Shown one piece after another: positions 52,287-62,781 of a DNA stretch of 64,000 nucleotides. The translations under genes were made by a program, and so were the position numbers. Below the pieces are notes generated by a model. That model had not been told where the DNA came from, searched no databases, and saw only the letters and a list, made by a program, of their open reading frames with translations. The stretch comes from Vulcanimicrobiota bacterium. Lineage in GTDB: Bacteria > Vulcanimicrobiota > Vulcanimicrobiia > Vulcanimicrobiales > Vulcanimicrobiaceae. The number at the start of each line of letters is the position of its first letter. Position 1 is the first letter of the stretch. The DNA lies in assembly GCA_963820825.1 (NCBI GenBank), contig CAWGBN010000008.1, positions 32,001 through 96,000 on the forward strand. The letters run 5' to 3'.

Positions 52287-53939
52287 ATGGAACTTTCCCT
52301 ACTCAAAAACCCAATTGCCGTCGTGACGCTGTTGGCTCTCGCCGCCTGCGGCGGAGGCGGCGCCGGCGGTTCGGCGACGCTGCTTCCGTCGCACAACGAA
52401 CGTCCGCAGAACGATTCGATACTCAGCCGGATCGTCGGCGTCGGCGATAGCCTCACCGCGGGCTACCAATCGAATGGCTTTCTCGGCGCTACGGGCGTTC
52501 CCAATCACGCCTACACCGGCGTGATTCCGCCCAACCAAGAGAACGGCTTCTATGCCGATCTCGTCGAGCAGGCCTCGGGAGACGTCCCCACCGCAATCGG
52601 GCAGATGTACGACCCGTCGGTGAGCCCGCTTCCGCTTATCAAAGGACCGGGACTCGACAATCAGCTCGTGCCGTGGGGACCGTTCGCGCCATTTACTGAG
52701 CTCAAGACGGGCGATCCGTGCACGCAGAATAATGGGTTCAACTTAGCCGGCTTCCGGCTGCATACCGCGGCGCGCACGCGCATGAACCCCGATTCGACCA
52801 CGATCCGCGATTTCGGCGTACCGGGCATCACCCTGCACGAGGCAAACGTGCTCCATCAGCCACAGACCTCGACGTGCAAAGAGCTTCCCGGCATCCCGGG
52901 ATTGCTCAGTCAAGTCGTCTCGGAAGAGAGCGGGACGTTCTGGCCCGTGCTGCTCAACTCCACCAAACTTGGCGGCCACCTTACTGAAGTCAATGCCGCG
53001 GCCGCGGTACATCCGACGCTCGCAACCGTCTGGCTCGGCGCGAACGATTGGCTCAAATACATGGGAAGCGGCGGACGCTTCGTCGGCGGCGACCGGACCG
53101 CCGCTCAGGTGGAGGCCGATCTGCGCGCGACGATCGCTACGCTGCAGCATGCCGGCGCAAAGGTCGTCGTCGCCAATCTGCCCGACATTCTCGAAACCGG
53201 CCTCTTCGAACGGGTCTCCTTCGTTCCTAAAGATTCGCCGGCGTGCCGCATTCACACGTTTGCAAACTGCTTCATGAACTCCATCGGCGGCGTGCCCTAC
53301 CAGCAGATCGCAACAATTGCCAAGACGTATAACTTGGCGACTCCGGGCGGCTGCACGCCGCTCTCGGAGACGAAGCCATGCGGCTACATCATGTTGCCGG
53401 GCGCGGCCGAGGTCGTCTCCTACTACGGGAGCAGCGGTAAGCTACCGAACTTAGATTGCGCAGTGCCCGCACCGCACTGCAAGGCCGTTCCGGGTAGCGG
53501 CTTAGGCATGCGCTACATCACGCCGGAATTCGCCGGGAAACTGCAGGCGCTCAACAATGCGATCAATCAAGGGATCGACAACGCTGCGTCGGCCTCGCAC
53601 GTGCCGCTGGTCGATATCCACGCGATCTTCCACGGTCTCGCGAGCGGCAACCCCTCGGATCCGTACTTTGCCTTGGCCTCGTCGATCAATCCGGGGTTCT
53701 GCTGCACGCTGGGCTTCTTGTGGGGTATCTCGAGCTTCGATGGCATCCATCCATCGAATACCGGATACGCGCTGGTTACTTACGCCTTTATCGATACGAT
53801 CAACAAGGCGTACGGGACGCATATCCGGCAGATCGACTTGAAAGCAGCCTACGAAGGTACGCGATGCGGATCTCAGCCGAACAAGCACTACTGCTTTCCG
53901 GATCCGTACGCACCGCCGAACGACTACCCGTATAAATAG
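52287..53939 (+). CDS. SGNH/GDSL hydrolase lipoprotein
   Basis: LAAC lipobox, GDSLTAG, GVPG, WLGAND, DGIHPS. Confidence 0.9.
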   Translation: MELSLLKNPIAVVTLLALAACGGGGAGGSATLLPSHNERPQNDSILSRIVGVGDSLTAGYQSNGFLGATGVPNHAYTGVIPPNQENGFYADLVEQASGDVPTAIGQMYDPSVSPLPLIKGPGLDNQLVPWGPFAPFTELKTGDPCTQNNGFNLAGFRLHTAARTRMNPDSTTIRDFGVPGITLHEANVLHQPQTSTCKELPGIPGLLSQVVSEESGTFWPVLLNSTKLGGHLTEVNAAAAVHPTLATVWLGANDWLKYMGSGGRFVGGDRTAAQVEADLRATIATLQHAGAKVVVANLPDILETGLFERVSFVPKDSPACRIHTFANCFMNSIGGVPYQQIATIAKTYNLATPGGCTPLSETKPCGYIMLPGAAEVVSYYGSSGKLPNLDCAVPAPHCKAVPGSGLGMRYITPEFAGKLQALNNAINQGIDNAASASHVPLVDIHAIFHGLASGNPSDPYFALASSINPGFCCTLGFLWGISSFDGIHPSNTGYALVTYAFIDTINKAYGTHIRQIDLKAAYEGTRCGSQPNKHYCFPDPYAPPNDYPYK

Positions 53940-53947
53940 CTCTGGCG

Positions 53948-54133
53948 CTAATCCGGCGGCGGCTCGTCCTCAATCTCTTCTTCGAGGATCTCGTCGCCGT
54001 GGCGATCGAGCCGTTCGGTGACCTCGGCCTTCACGTCGTCGGGAACGGCGGGGTTATCGAGAAGGCTGCGCTCTTCGCCTTCGAGTAGCGCCTCGAGCTC
54101 CTCGGGGCCGGGGTCGTTGTCGGGAGGCCGCAT
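53948..54133 (-). CDS. Small acidic hypothetical protein
   Basis: GGAAGGAAG RBS-like sequence, 61-aa E/D-rich ORF filling the intergenic gap. Confidence 0.55.
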   Translation of the reverse strand: MRPPDNDPGPEELEALLEGEERSLLDNPAVPDDVKAEVTERLDRHGDEILEEEIEDEPPPD

Positions 54134-54160
54134 GCTCTTCCTTCCTACGGTCTGGCGTCG

Positions 54161-56128
54161 TTGCTGAACTGGTTGCGGGAGCTAGCGCGAACGGCGACCA
54201 CCTTCGATCGCTCCGCGCTCGAGCCGGGGTATGCGCTTCGCTGCACCATCGGCGTGGCAATTCCCCTCCTCGTTGCCGCAGCCGCGGGCGAGGCGGCGCT
54301 CGGCGTACCTGCGGCAATCGGGGCTTTCATCACGGGTTTTACCTCTCTGCAGGGCATCTACCGCACCCGCCTTGCCGCGATGCTGGCGGCCGCGTTCGGC
54401 ATGTCGGCGACGAGCTTCGTCGGCGCGGTGTCGGCCCATTCTACGCCGGAGGTCGTCGCGGCGACCGCAATCGCCGGCTACGCATTCGGAACCATCGGTC
54501 AGCTCGGCCCGGCTGCGGCAACCGTTGCGCTCAACTCGTTCGTCGCCTTCATCCTCTTCTCGAGCCAGCCGCTGGCCCCGAGCGCGGCCGCACAAGACTC
54601 GGCGCTCGTGCTCGCAGGCGGACTCATTCAAGCGGCACTCCTCTTGCTCGCGTGGCCGACCGTGCGCGGCGCCGCCGAGCGTACCGCGCTCGCCGGCGTC
54701 TATCGCAATCTCGCGAGTTACGCACGACAAACCGCCGAGGGCATTCCCGCCGCGCCGCCGATCACGCCGTTTGCGATCGCACGGCAAGTGCTCGCCGATC
54801 CCCAACCGTTCGCGCGCTCCGCCGAGCTCGCACGCTTCAACCGCCTCCTCGAAGACTCGGAGATCATTCGGCGCCGGCTCGGTGCGCTCGCGGGTCGCAC
54901 CGGCGACGACCAGCGGCTCACGGCGGCGGCGGCACGCGCGATCGCCGAGCAGTTGGATCGAACGGCCGACGTATTGACCGGCGCGAAAAACGATCTCGCC
55001 GCGCTCGACCTCACCGCGTTCGGCGACGCGCTGCAGCTCGCGGGCGTCGCGGACCTGGCCGCGCACACGCGCGACGCAGCCGAAGCGGCGACGATGCTCG
55101 CGACCGGCCGCCTTCCGCGCTTCCCGTTGGTCTCCAAGGTGAAGCCCGCACCGTACGTTCGCAATCGCATCGATTGGTTCAGCCGCGATTCGTTCCGATT
55201 CGCGATCGTGCTCGCCATCGCGATGGTCGCCGGCCGCTACTTCGCTGCCGATCGCGGCTACTGGATTCCGCTGACCGCGGCGCTCGTTCTCAAACCCGAC
55301 TTTCAGACGACGTTCCTGCGCGGAGTCGCCCGGATCGGCGGCACGTTGGCCGGCGCGGTCGTTGCCAGCCTCGTGATCCTCGTCGCACGCGGGCACCCCG
55401 GGTTGGAGCTCGCGGGCATCATCGTGGCCGCAGCGGCCGCGTATCTCTCCTTCAATCCGAACTACGCCCTCTTTACCGTCTCGATCACCTCGTTCGTGGT
55501 GCTCGTGCTCGGCATGCGCGGCCTTCCGGGAACGACGGCCGTCGAAGTGCGGCTCTTCGATACGCTCGCCGGCGGTGCGCTGGCGATGATCGGGTATCTC
55601 GTCTTTCCGTCGTGGGAGTACGAACGCACGCGCGCGCTGCTCGCCGATCTCTTGGACGCGCAGCGCAGACTCGCCGGCGCGATTCTTCGAGCCTACGCGG
55701 ATCCGTCCGAAGCGACAAAGCGCGCAATCGGCCAACGGCGTAACGAAATCTGGCGAACGCGAACGGCGGTCGAGGCATCGATCGACCGCAGTCGCGGCGA
55801 ACCGCAACGCTCGCACTCGATTGGTACGGGGCGTGCCCTGCGCCTTCTCGCCGCGACGCAGCGGTTCGCATTGGCGAGCTTAGCGCTCGAAACGCTGCTC
55901 GAGACCGAGCGGACGACCGCGCCGCCGGGCCTGGGAACCTTCTCCGAAGCGCTCGACGCCGAGATGCACGAGCTCGCCGAGGCGCTGCGCGAATCGCGGC
56001 GAGCGCGACTCGGCCAGAACTTCTTGACAGGCCTCGACACGACCGCAAACGATCGATTGCGAGCCTTCGCCGATGCGACGGCTCGCATCGCGCGCCTAGT
56101 CGGGATAGAGAGCGCGGCGCGAGGCTAG
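54161..56128 (+). CDS. FUSC family membrane protein
   Basis: Two TM clusters, GYWIPLT..LVLKPD, RIGGT..G, R..DT..GG. Confidence 0.9.
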   Translation: MLNWLRELARTATTFDRSALEPGYALRCTIGVAIPLLVAAAAGEAALGVPAAIGAFITGFTSLQGIYRTRLAAMLAAAFGMSATSFVGAVSAHSTPEVVAATAIAGYAFGTIGQLGPAAATVALNSFVAFILFSSQPLAPSAAAQDSALVLAGGLIQAALLLLAWPTVRGAAERTALAGVYRNLASYARQTAEGIPAAPPITPFAIARQVLADPQPFARSAELARFNRLLEDSEIIRRRLGALAGRTGDDQRLTAAAARAIAEQLDRTADVLTGAKNDLAALDLTAFGDALQLAGVADLAAHTRDAAEAATMLATGRLPRFPLVSKVKPAPYVRNRIDWFSRDSFRFAIVLAIAMVAGRYFAADRGYWIPLTAALVLKPDFQTTFLRGVARIGGTLAGAVVASLVILVARGHPGLELAGIIVAAAAAYLSFNPNYALFTVSITSFVVLVLGMRGLPGTTAVEVRLFDTLAGGALAMIGYLVFPSWEYERTRALLADLLDAQRRLAGAILRAYADPSEATKRAIGQRRNEIWRTRTAVEASIDRSRGEPQRSHSIGTGRALRLLAATQRFALASLALETLLETERTTAPPGLGTFSEALDAEMHELAEALRESRRARLGQNFLTGLDTTANDRLRAFADATARIARLVGIESAARG

Positions 56129-57403
56129 TTAGGCGTAGATGCCCCGCAGCTTCGAGGCCTTCACGACGCGATCGATCGCCAGTGTGTACGCCGCCGTTCG
56201 TAGCGTTGCGTGGCGGGCGTTTGCGATCGAGCGGATCTGATGAAGGTTCGAGAGCAGGAAGTCCTCGAGCTTCTCATTGACCTCCGACTCCTTCCAAAAG
56301 TAGCCCATGCGGTCTTGCGCCCACTCGAAGTATGAGACGGTCACGCCGCCGGCATTCGCCATGATATCGGGGATGACGATGATTCCGCGCTCGCGGAAGA
56401 TGCGATCGGCCTCGGGCGTCGTGGGGCCGTTGGCGCCCTCGACGATCAGCTTCGCCTTGACTTTCGGCGCGGTCTCGGCGGTGAAGACTTTTTCGAGCGC
56501 CGCGGGAACGAGCACGTCGCATTCGCTGCCCAGCAACTCGGCGTTAGTGATCTTCTCGCCGCCGTGGAAGCCTTCGAGCGTTCCGAACTTCGCAACGTGC
56601 TCCATCGCGCCATTGACGTCGATGCCCTCGGGATTGTAGTAGGCGCCGGTAACGTCGGAGATTCCGACGATCTTGCAGCCGCGCTCCTCGAAGAGTTTGG
56701 CCGCATGCATTCCGACGTTGCCGAAGCCCTGGATCGCGATCGTCGCCTTATCCGGACGCATCTCCATCTCGGCCATCTCGTCGAGCGCGCAGATCGTGAC
56801 GCCGCGCCCCGTCGCCTCGACGCGCCCGCGCGAACCGCCGATCTCGAGCGGCTTTCCGGTGACGACGCCCGGAATGTTCTGCCGCACGTGCATCGAGTAG
56901 GTGTCCATGAACCAGGCCATCACCTGCGGCGTCGTATTGACGTCGGGTGCCGGCACGTCTTTATCGGGGCCGACCACTTCGACCAGCTCGGCGGCGTATC
57001 GCCGCGTAATCCGCTCGAGCTCGTTGGAGGAGAGCGTCGTCGGGTCGCAAGTGACGCCGCCCTTTCCTCCCCCGAAGGGAAGATCGACGACGGCGCACTT
57101 CCAGGTCATCCAAAAGGCCAGCGCGGTTACCTCGTCGAGCGTAACGCGCGGATGGAAGCGGATTCCGCCCTTCGCGGGGCCTCGTGCGAAGTTATACTGC
57201 ACGCGGTAGCCGGTGTAGACTTCGAACTCCCCCGAGTCGCGTTGAAACGGGATCGAGAAGATGATCTGGCGCGACGGGTGAGTGAGAATCCGGCGCATGC
57301 CGGCGTCGAGTTCGAGCAGGTCGGCGGCTTCGTTGAAATAGGCAATCGCGTCGCCGAAAACCGAGACGTCGCGCACCGAGGTCTCACGCAGAGCGGTGGT
57401 CAT
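56129..57403 (-). CDS. gdhA: Glu/Leu/Phe/Val dehydrogenase (glutamate dehydrogenase)
   Basis: [43 protein letters not shown]. Confidence 0.93.
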   Translation of the reverse strand: MTTALRETSVRDVSVFGDAIAYFNEAADLLELDAGMRRILTHPSRQIIFSIPFQRDSGEFEVYTGYRVQYNFARGPAKGGIRFHPRVTLDEVTALAFWMTWKCAVVDLPFGGGKGGVTCDPTTLSSNELERITRRYAAELVEVVGPDKDVPAPDVNTTPQVMAWFMDTYSMHVRQNIPGVVTGKPLEIGGSRGRVEATGRGVTICALDEMAEMEMRPDKATIAIQGFGNVGMHAAKLFEERGCKIVGISDVTGAYYNPEGIDVNGAMEHVAKFGTLEGFHGGEKITNAELLGSECDVLVPAALEKVFTAETAPKVKAKLIVEGANGPTTPEADRIFRERGIIVIPDIMANAGGVTVSYFEWAQDRMGYFWKESEVNEKLEDFLLSNLHQIRSIANARHATLRTAAYTLAIDRVVKASKLRGIYA

Positions 57404-57414
57404 ATTCTTCCCTG

Positions 57415-58503
57415 TTAGACGTTGAAGCGGAAATTCACCACGTCGCCCTCTTGCATCACGTACTCGCGCCCCTCGCTGCGCACGCGACCGGCGGCTTTGA
57501 GTGCCTCCATGGTTTGAAATTCGACGTAGTCGTCGTACCCGACGATCTCGGCCCGAATGAAGCCGCGCTCGAGGTCGCTGTGGATGGTTCCGGCCGCCCG
57601 CGGCGCCTTCGTGCCCTTAGGGATCGGCCAGGCTCGGGCTTCCTTCTCGCCGGCGGTTAGGAACGTCATCAGGCCGAGCAGGTCGTACCCCGCGGCCGAG
57701 AGATCGTCGAGCCCGCTGCGCTCGAGGCCGAGTTCGTGCCGGAACTCGACCGCCTCGGCCTCCGTGAGGCCGGCCAGCTCCGCTTCCAGCTTGCCGCTCA
57801 GGACGACGGCCCGCCCCCCTTCGGCGGCGGCGACCTCCTGGACGGCGCGGATCTGCTCTTCGGCGGTCCGGGCCTCGTCGACGTTTGCGACGTAGAGCAT
57901 CGGCTTACGCGTCAGCAGAAACGAATCCGTTGCGACTTGCGCCTCCAGGGTGCCCGGCGCAAAGCTCCGGGCAGGCTGCGCCTCTTCGAGCGCCTCACTC
58001 AGGCGCGTGGCGGCCTCCAGGTACGGTCGAAGATTGGATTGACCGCGAACGTCGCGTTCGAGCTTGGCGATACGCTTGCGCATGGTCCCGAGGTCGGCAA
58101 GCGCCAATTCGATCGAGATAATCTCGCAGTCGCGCTTCGGATCGGGATGCCCCTCGACGTGCGTGACGTCATCGTTTTCGAAGCAGCGCACGACCATCGC
58201 GATCGCGTCGGTCTCCCGAATGTGACTCAGAAATGCGTTGCCGAGGCCCTCGCCCGAGCTTGCGCCGCGCGCCAATCCGGCGATGTCGACAAAGCGTACG
58301 GTCGCCGGCACGACGCGGCGTGCGTTCACGAGCCGTTGCAATACGAGCAAGCGGGGATCGGGCACAGCGACCTCGCCGACGTTCGGCTCGATCGTCGCAA
58401 ACGGATAGTTTGCCGCAAGGGCTTGGGCCGAGCGCGTGAGCGCGTTAAAGATCGTTGTCTTCCCAACATTGGGCAGGCCGACGATTCCGCAAGAGAGTGG
58501 CAT
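57415..58503 (-). CDS. ychF: Redox-regulated ATPase YchF
   Basis: GIVGLPNVGKTT, NYPFATIEPN, DIAGL, GLGN.FL, TGS domain ending FRFNV. Confidence 0.97.
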   Translation of the reverse strand: MPLSCGIVGLPNVGKTTIFNALTRSAQALAANYPFATIEPNVGEVAVPDPRLLVLQRLVNARRVVPATVRFVDIAGLARGASSGEGLGNAFLSHIRETDAIAMVVRCFENDDVTHVEGHPDPKRDCEIISIELALADLGTMRKRIAKLERDVRGQSNLRPYLEAATRLSEALEEAQPARSFAPGTLEAQVATDSFLLTRKPMLYVANVDEARTAEEQIRAVQEVAAAEGGRAVVLSGKLEAELAGLTEAEAVEFRHELGLERSGLDDLSAAGYDLLGLMTFLTAGEKEARAWPIPKGTKAPRAAGTIHSDLERGFIRAEIVGYDDYVEFQTMEALKAAGRVRSEGREYVMQEGDVVNFRFNV

Positions 58504-58567
58504 GGTCGAGCGGGGCCGTTCGAGCATCCGGCAAGAAAATCCGGCGAGCACGTCGGATAGGTCGGAT

Positions 58568-59044
58568 ATGCGCCAAATGAAGGTCGACAAGCTCGGTATC
58601 GACCTCCTCACCCATGACCCGGTGGTCATCCTCAAGGACATGGACGGCTCGCACTATCTTCCGATTCTCATCGGACCCTTTGAAGCGACCGCGATCGCGC
58701 TCGCGCTCGAAGGTGCACCGGTGCCCCGTCCGCTCTCCCACGACCTGATGCGCAGCATTCTCGAGACGCTCAGTGCGAATCTCGAGCAAGTCGTGATTCA
58801 CGATATCAAAGACTCCACGTTCTTCGCCAAGCTCATCGTCCGCACGAACGGCGAGATCCAGGAGATCGACGCGCGTCCCTCCGACGGCATCGCGCTCGCG
58901 CTGCGCGTCCCGGCACCGATCTTCGTCTCGGATAGAATCGTCCTCGAGGAAGCGACGGCCGAAAAGAAGCCGATCAACGAGACGGAGATGGCGCGATTCA
59001 AAAAGTTTCTCGACGACCTCAAGCCCTCAGACTTCAATCGCTAA
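58568..59044 (+). CDS. Bifunctional nuclease family protein (DUF151)
   Basis: LPI.IG.FEA.AI, RPLSHDL, IDARPSD.IALA. Confidence 0.93.
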   Translation: MRQMKVDKLGIDLLTHDPVVILKDMDGSHYLPILIGPFEATAIALALEGAPVPRPLSHDLMRSILETLSANLEQVVIHDIKDSTFFAKLIVRTNGEIQEIDARPSDGIALALRVPAPIFVSDRIVLEEATAEKKPINETEMARFKKFLDDLKPSDFNR

Positions 59045-59599
59045 TTTTCGTGCGAATAAGACGGCGACGTAGGCGCAAAATATTGCCAGCGCAACTACGG
59101 CAAGAACTTTGTGATAGCGCTCGTCTTCGGTGAGCACCGCCGGGAGGTTGATGGCGATCATCACGGCCTTCGTCCAGGCGTCGAGCGGATTTCCTAACGT
59201 GCCCGTCGTTAGAATGTCGGGCAAATAGCTCGCGGCAAGCGTTGCCATGATGACGCTGAAGAAAACCTGACGGCGACCGAAATACTCTTTGCGCAGGTCG
59301 ATCGGCAGCTCGGCCGGTTCTGCGACGACGAGCGCCGAGAGCACGTATGCGCCGATCGGCACCAGCAGCATTGCGATGAAGGTCGCAAACGACCAGGTCT
59401 GCAGCGTGCGCCACGAAAAGCGCGACCACCAGACCTGAACGTCGATCATAAGCAGCGTGACCATCCAGACCGCCGAGGGCCAGTACCAAATCACGCGATC
59501 GCGCCGGTGGACCAGACGCACGGCGCCGGCCAATAGCGTCGTGATCGCAAAGCCGATCACGATCGAGATCAGAACCGAGATATGCTCGAACGCCGTCAA
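59027..59599 (-). CDS. Hypothetical multi-pass membrane protein
   Basis: FEHISVLISIVIG N-terminus; five to six hydrophobic helices. Confidence 0.75.
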   Translation of the reverse strand: MTAFEHISVLISIVIGFAITTLLAGAVRLVHRRDRVIWYWPSAVWMVTLLMIDVQVWWSRFSWRTLQTWSFATFIAMLLVPIGAYVLSALVVAEPAELPIDLRKEYFGRRQVFFSVIMATLAASYLPDILTTGTLGNPLDAWTKAVMIAINLPAVLTEDERYHKVLAVVALAIFCAYVAVLFARKLAIEV

Positions 59600-59662
59600 G
59601 TCCCGATCACCGTTCTTCGCCCACAGGATTATCTCATCGCCGTAGGCTACAACGGGAATCTT

Positions 59663-60457
59663 ATGAAAGAGCTTTCGGCGGAGATCGGCGTCTTCGGAGG
59701 ATCGGGATTCTACTCGCTCATCGACGGCGCGCGCGAGCACTGGATCGAGACGCCGTACGGACCGCCGAGCGATCGCGTCGCGCTCGGTGAGATCGGGGGC
59801 CGGCGCGTCGCGTTCCTACCCCGCCACGCGAAGGATCATCGCGTTCCCCCCTCGGCGATCAACTATCGCGCCAACCTCTATGCCATGAAGTCTCTGGGAG
59901 TGCGATGGATCGTCGGACCGACCGCGGCCGGCTCGCTCGACAAGCGCGTAAAGCCCGGCTCGATGGTCGTCTGCGACCAGCTCGTCGATCGGACGAGCGG
60001 CCGAAAGGACACCTACTATGACGGACCGCTCACCACACATATCAGCTTTGCCGATCCGTACTGCCCGACGCTGCGGCCGATCGCCGTCGACGTCCTGAAA
60101 TCGCGCGGCATCGACACGCACGAGCGCGGCACCGTCGTCGTGATCCAGGGACCGCGTTTCTCCACGCGCGCCGAGTCGCGCTGGTTCCAGAGCCAGGGCT
60201 GGGAGGTCATCAACATGACGCAGTATCCCGAGGCCTATCTCGCCCGCGAGCTCGAGATGTGCTACGCAAACATCGCGCTCATCACCGATTACGACGTCGG
60301 CCTCGAAGGGATGCCCCCGGTATCGCACCACGAGGTCATCGAAGTCTTCAATCGCAACAACGAGCGGGTGCGCGGCGCGATCGGTGAGATCGTCGAACGG
60401 ATCCCGGTCGATGCCGACTGTTCGTGCCGGCATGCGCTCGAGGGCGCGCGATTCTAA
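59663..60457 (+). CDS. mtnP: S-methyl-5'-thioadenosine phosphorylase
   Basis: GGSG.Y, TPYG.PS, FLPRH, GPRFSTRAES, INMT, TDYD. Confidence 0.92.
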   Translation: MKELSAEIGVFGGSGFYSLIDGAREHWIETPYGPPSDRVALGEIGGRRVAFLPRHAKDHRVPPSAINYRANLYAMKSLGVRWIVGPTAAGSLDKRVKPGSMVVCDQLVDRTSGRKDTYYDGPLTTHISFADPYCPTLRPIAVDVLKSRGIDTHERGTVVVIQGPRFSTRAESRWFQSQGWEVINMTQYPEAYLARELEMCYANIALITDYDVGLEGMPPVSHHEVIEVFNRNNERVRGAIGEIVERIPVDADCSCRHALEGARF

Positions 60458-60461
60458 GGAC

Positions 60462-61169
60462 ATGAAAAGACTGCCCCGCGTCGACGTTCGGATGTACGCG
60501 CAAGCCGTTCCGCTGCTCCTGCGCCACCCGTCGATCTTCGTGATGCCCTTGCTCGCGGCGGTGGTCGATCTGCTGATCTCGCAGATCACGCCGTTCTTCA
60601 CCGACGCAGTCGGCGGCGCGGGGAGCTGGCTCTTTCAAATCATCGTTCAGCTCGTCTACGGCTTCTGCTTCGGCGTCGCCGTCATTGCCGCAAACAACGT
60701 CTGGCGGAGCCGGCGAGCGACCTTCGACGAGGCATGGGAGGAAGGCCGGCACAAGGCCGGCGGCATTCTAATTGCGACCTTCGGCTTCTATTTCTTGATC
60801 TACGTCGCCGGTTACATTGGCGCGTTTACCGGCAACCAGTTCGTCCAGATCGGCCTCGAGCTGGTCGTAGCATTCTTCCTCATCTACACGATCCCGGCCG
60901 CCGCGATCGGCGGAATGCCGGGAAACTTCGCAATCGGCGCGTCGTTCCGGGCCGTGCGCGAGAACGTGCTCGGCTCGGCGATTCTCGCAATCGTCTTCGT
61001 GGCGCTCTGGGTCTGGTTTCCGGAGTTTCTGCTCGGGCGTGTCGGTCTAGGCCTCGGCCCGACTGGTTACGAACTCGTGCTCGCGGCGGTCAAGGCGATC
61101 GTTCTTGCCTATCTCGCATTCCCGTTTGCGAAGCAGTACGACGACATCGCCTTCAGGGGATACTGGTAA
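60462..61169 (+). CDS. Hypothetical multi-pass membrane protein
   Basis: AAGGA RBS; about six hydrophobic helices. Confidence 0.75.
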   Translation: MKRLPRVDVRMYAQAVPLLLRHPSIFVMPLLAAVVDLLISQITPFFTDAVGGAGSWLFQIIVQLVYGFCFGVAVIAANNVWRSRRATFDEAWEEGRHKAGGILIATFGFYFLIYVAGYIGAFTGNQFVQIGLELVVAFFLIYTIPAAAIGGMPGNFAIGASFRAVRENVLGSAILAIVFVALWVWFPEFLLGRVGLGLGPTGYELVLAAVKAIVLAYLAFPFAKQYDDIAFRGYW

Positions 61170-62157
61170 GAGCCATTCGGACGAGCTCGCCGACGAGCTC
61201 CGGTCTGACGTTCGTCCGCGCCAGGCGCTGCGCGTCGTCGAGCTTACTCAACAGCGCGACGGCCGTACGCGGTTCGATCGGCTTCAAAGCCCGCAAGCGA
61301 TCCGCGTGATCGAGCGAGACGAGCGCAACGCCGTCGCCGCCGCCGGCCACGATCCAGTCTCGCACTAAGGTCTTGACCGTCTCCAGACCCTCGTCGAGCG
61401 TCTCGCGGGTTGCCCAGGAGCCTTCGGGCGATTTCCCGGCGAGGCTCTCGAAGAACCAGCGCACGACGTGCGCGCGCAACGACTCCTCTTCACCCTCGAG
61501 CGTAGCGAGCGCGCGCGAAACGCTCCCGCCGCTCAGCGAAGCGGCGAGCTCGGCCTCGCTCGCCGCGACGCGAATGCCTTCGAGTACCATTCGCACCTCG
61601 GCATTGGAGAGCGGCGAGAAGCGAATCTCGACGGTACGCGAGCGGATCGTCGGCAGCAACCGCCCCGGAGCCGGCGTCGTCAGAACCATTATGACGCCGC
61701 GCGGCGGTTCTTCGAGAAACTTCAAGAGCGCGTTGGCGGCCGCGGGCGTCGCGAAGTCGATGTCGCCGAGCAGCAAGACACGCAAACCGCCGCTGTACGA
61801 TTGCATCGAGAGCTGCCGGACCAGATCGCGCGCCGATAGCTCGTCGCCTTCGTAGAAGCCCATCGCCGCATCGGGATCGCCGATCTTGAGAACGCCGGCG
61901 TGCTCGAGAAAGTCCGGATGGCGCGCGGATTCCGCCGCGAAAAGCTTACACGACGCGCAGCTCCCGTCGTATCCAAGAACGTTCTGCTTCGGCGCGGTGC
62001 AGAGCAGCGATTGGGCCAGGCGCCGCGCGAAGGTCTTTTTGCCGACCCCTGCGGCGCCGGTGAAGAGATAAGCATGGGCGAGCCGCTCCGGGGTCAAGGC
62101 GCTGAAGTAGCGCTTGGGGCCCTCGGCGCCGACGACGTCGAAGTGCAGCTCGCTCAC
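61153..62157 (-). CDS. holB: DNA polymerase III subunit delta'
   Basis: HAYLFTG..GVGK, HPD, AANALLKFLEEPP, LLPTIRSR; follows tmk. Confidence 0.9.
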   Translation of the reverse strand: MSELHFDVVGAEGPKRYFSALTPERLAHAYLFTGAAGVGKKTFARRLAQSLLCTAPKQNVLGYDGSCASCKLFAAESARHPDFLEHAGVLKIGDPDAAMGFYEGDELSARDLVRQLSMQSYSGGLRVLLLGDIDFATPAAANALLKFLEEPPRGVIMVLTTPAPGRLLPTIRSRTVEIRFSPLSNAEVRMVLEGIRVAASEAELAASLSGGSVSRALATLEGEEESLRAHVVRWFFESLAGKSPEGSWATRETLDEGLETVKTLVRDWIVAGGGDGVALVSLDHADRLRALKPIEPRTAVALLSKLDDAQRLARTNVRPELVGELVRMALTSIP

Positions 62158-62780
62158 GAGACCCGCACGCCGAGTCGCTCGCGCACCGGCAGCAGCGCCG
62201 TCTCCAAGAGCCGCTCGGGCGGCAGCGTTCCGTCGAGCACGCGATGGCGTGCCGAGCCCTCCGCCAGCACGAGAAATCCCTCGCGAACGCGCTCGTGAAA
62301 GGCGTCGCCCTCGGCCTCGATGCGATCCGTCGCTTGCGAGCGCGCGTCGAGGCGCGCACGCGCAACGCCAACCGGGACGTCGAGCACGAGAACCAAGTCC
62401 GCCTCGAGGCCTTGGGTCGCGATGCGACAGAGCCGCCGTAATATCTCGAGATCCGATCGCCGCCCGTATCCCTGATAGGCCAGCGTCGAATCGGTGAACC
62501 GGTCGCAGAGCACGATCCGTCCCGCTGCAAGCGCCGGCCGGATAACCTCTTGAACGTGCTGCGCCCGCGCCGCGTTCACCAAGAACGCCTCGGTTACCGG
62601 CGCGATCGTCGAACCGCGATCGAGAAAAATCTCGCGGACCGCATTGCCCAACGCCGTCCCACCCGGTTCCCGCGTCGGCATTACGTCGTAACCGTCGTCG
62701 CGCAGTTGCGCGGCGAGCGCGCCTGCCAGCGTGCTCTTCCCGCTCCCTTCGATTCCTTCAACGACGACGAATGCGGACAG
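62154..62780 (-). CDS. tmk: Thymidylate kinase (probable CTG start)
   Basis: EGIEGSGKST, TREPGGT, LCDRFTDSTLAYQG. Confidence 0.95.
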   Translation of the reverse strand: MSAFVVVEGIEGSGKSTLAGALAAQLRDDGYDVMPTREPGGTALGNAVREIFLDRGSTIAPVTEAFLVNAARAQHVQEVIRPALAAGRIVLCDRFTDSTLAYQGYGRRSDLEILRRLCRIATQGLEADLVLVLDVPVGVARARLDARSQATDRIEAEGDAFHERVREGFLVLAEGSARHRVLDGTLPPERLLETALLPVRERLGVRVS

Positions 62781-62781
62781 G

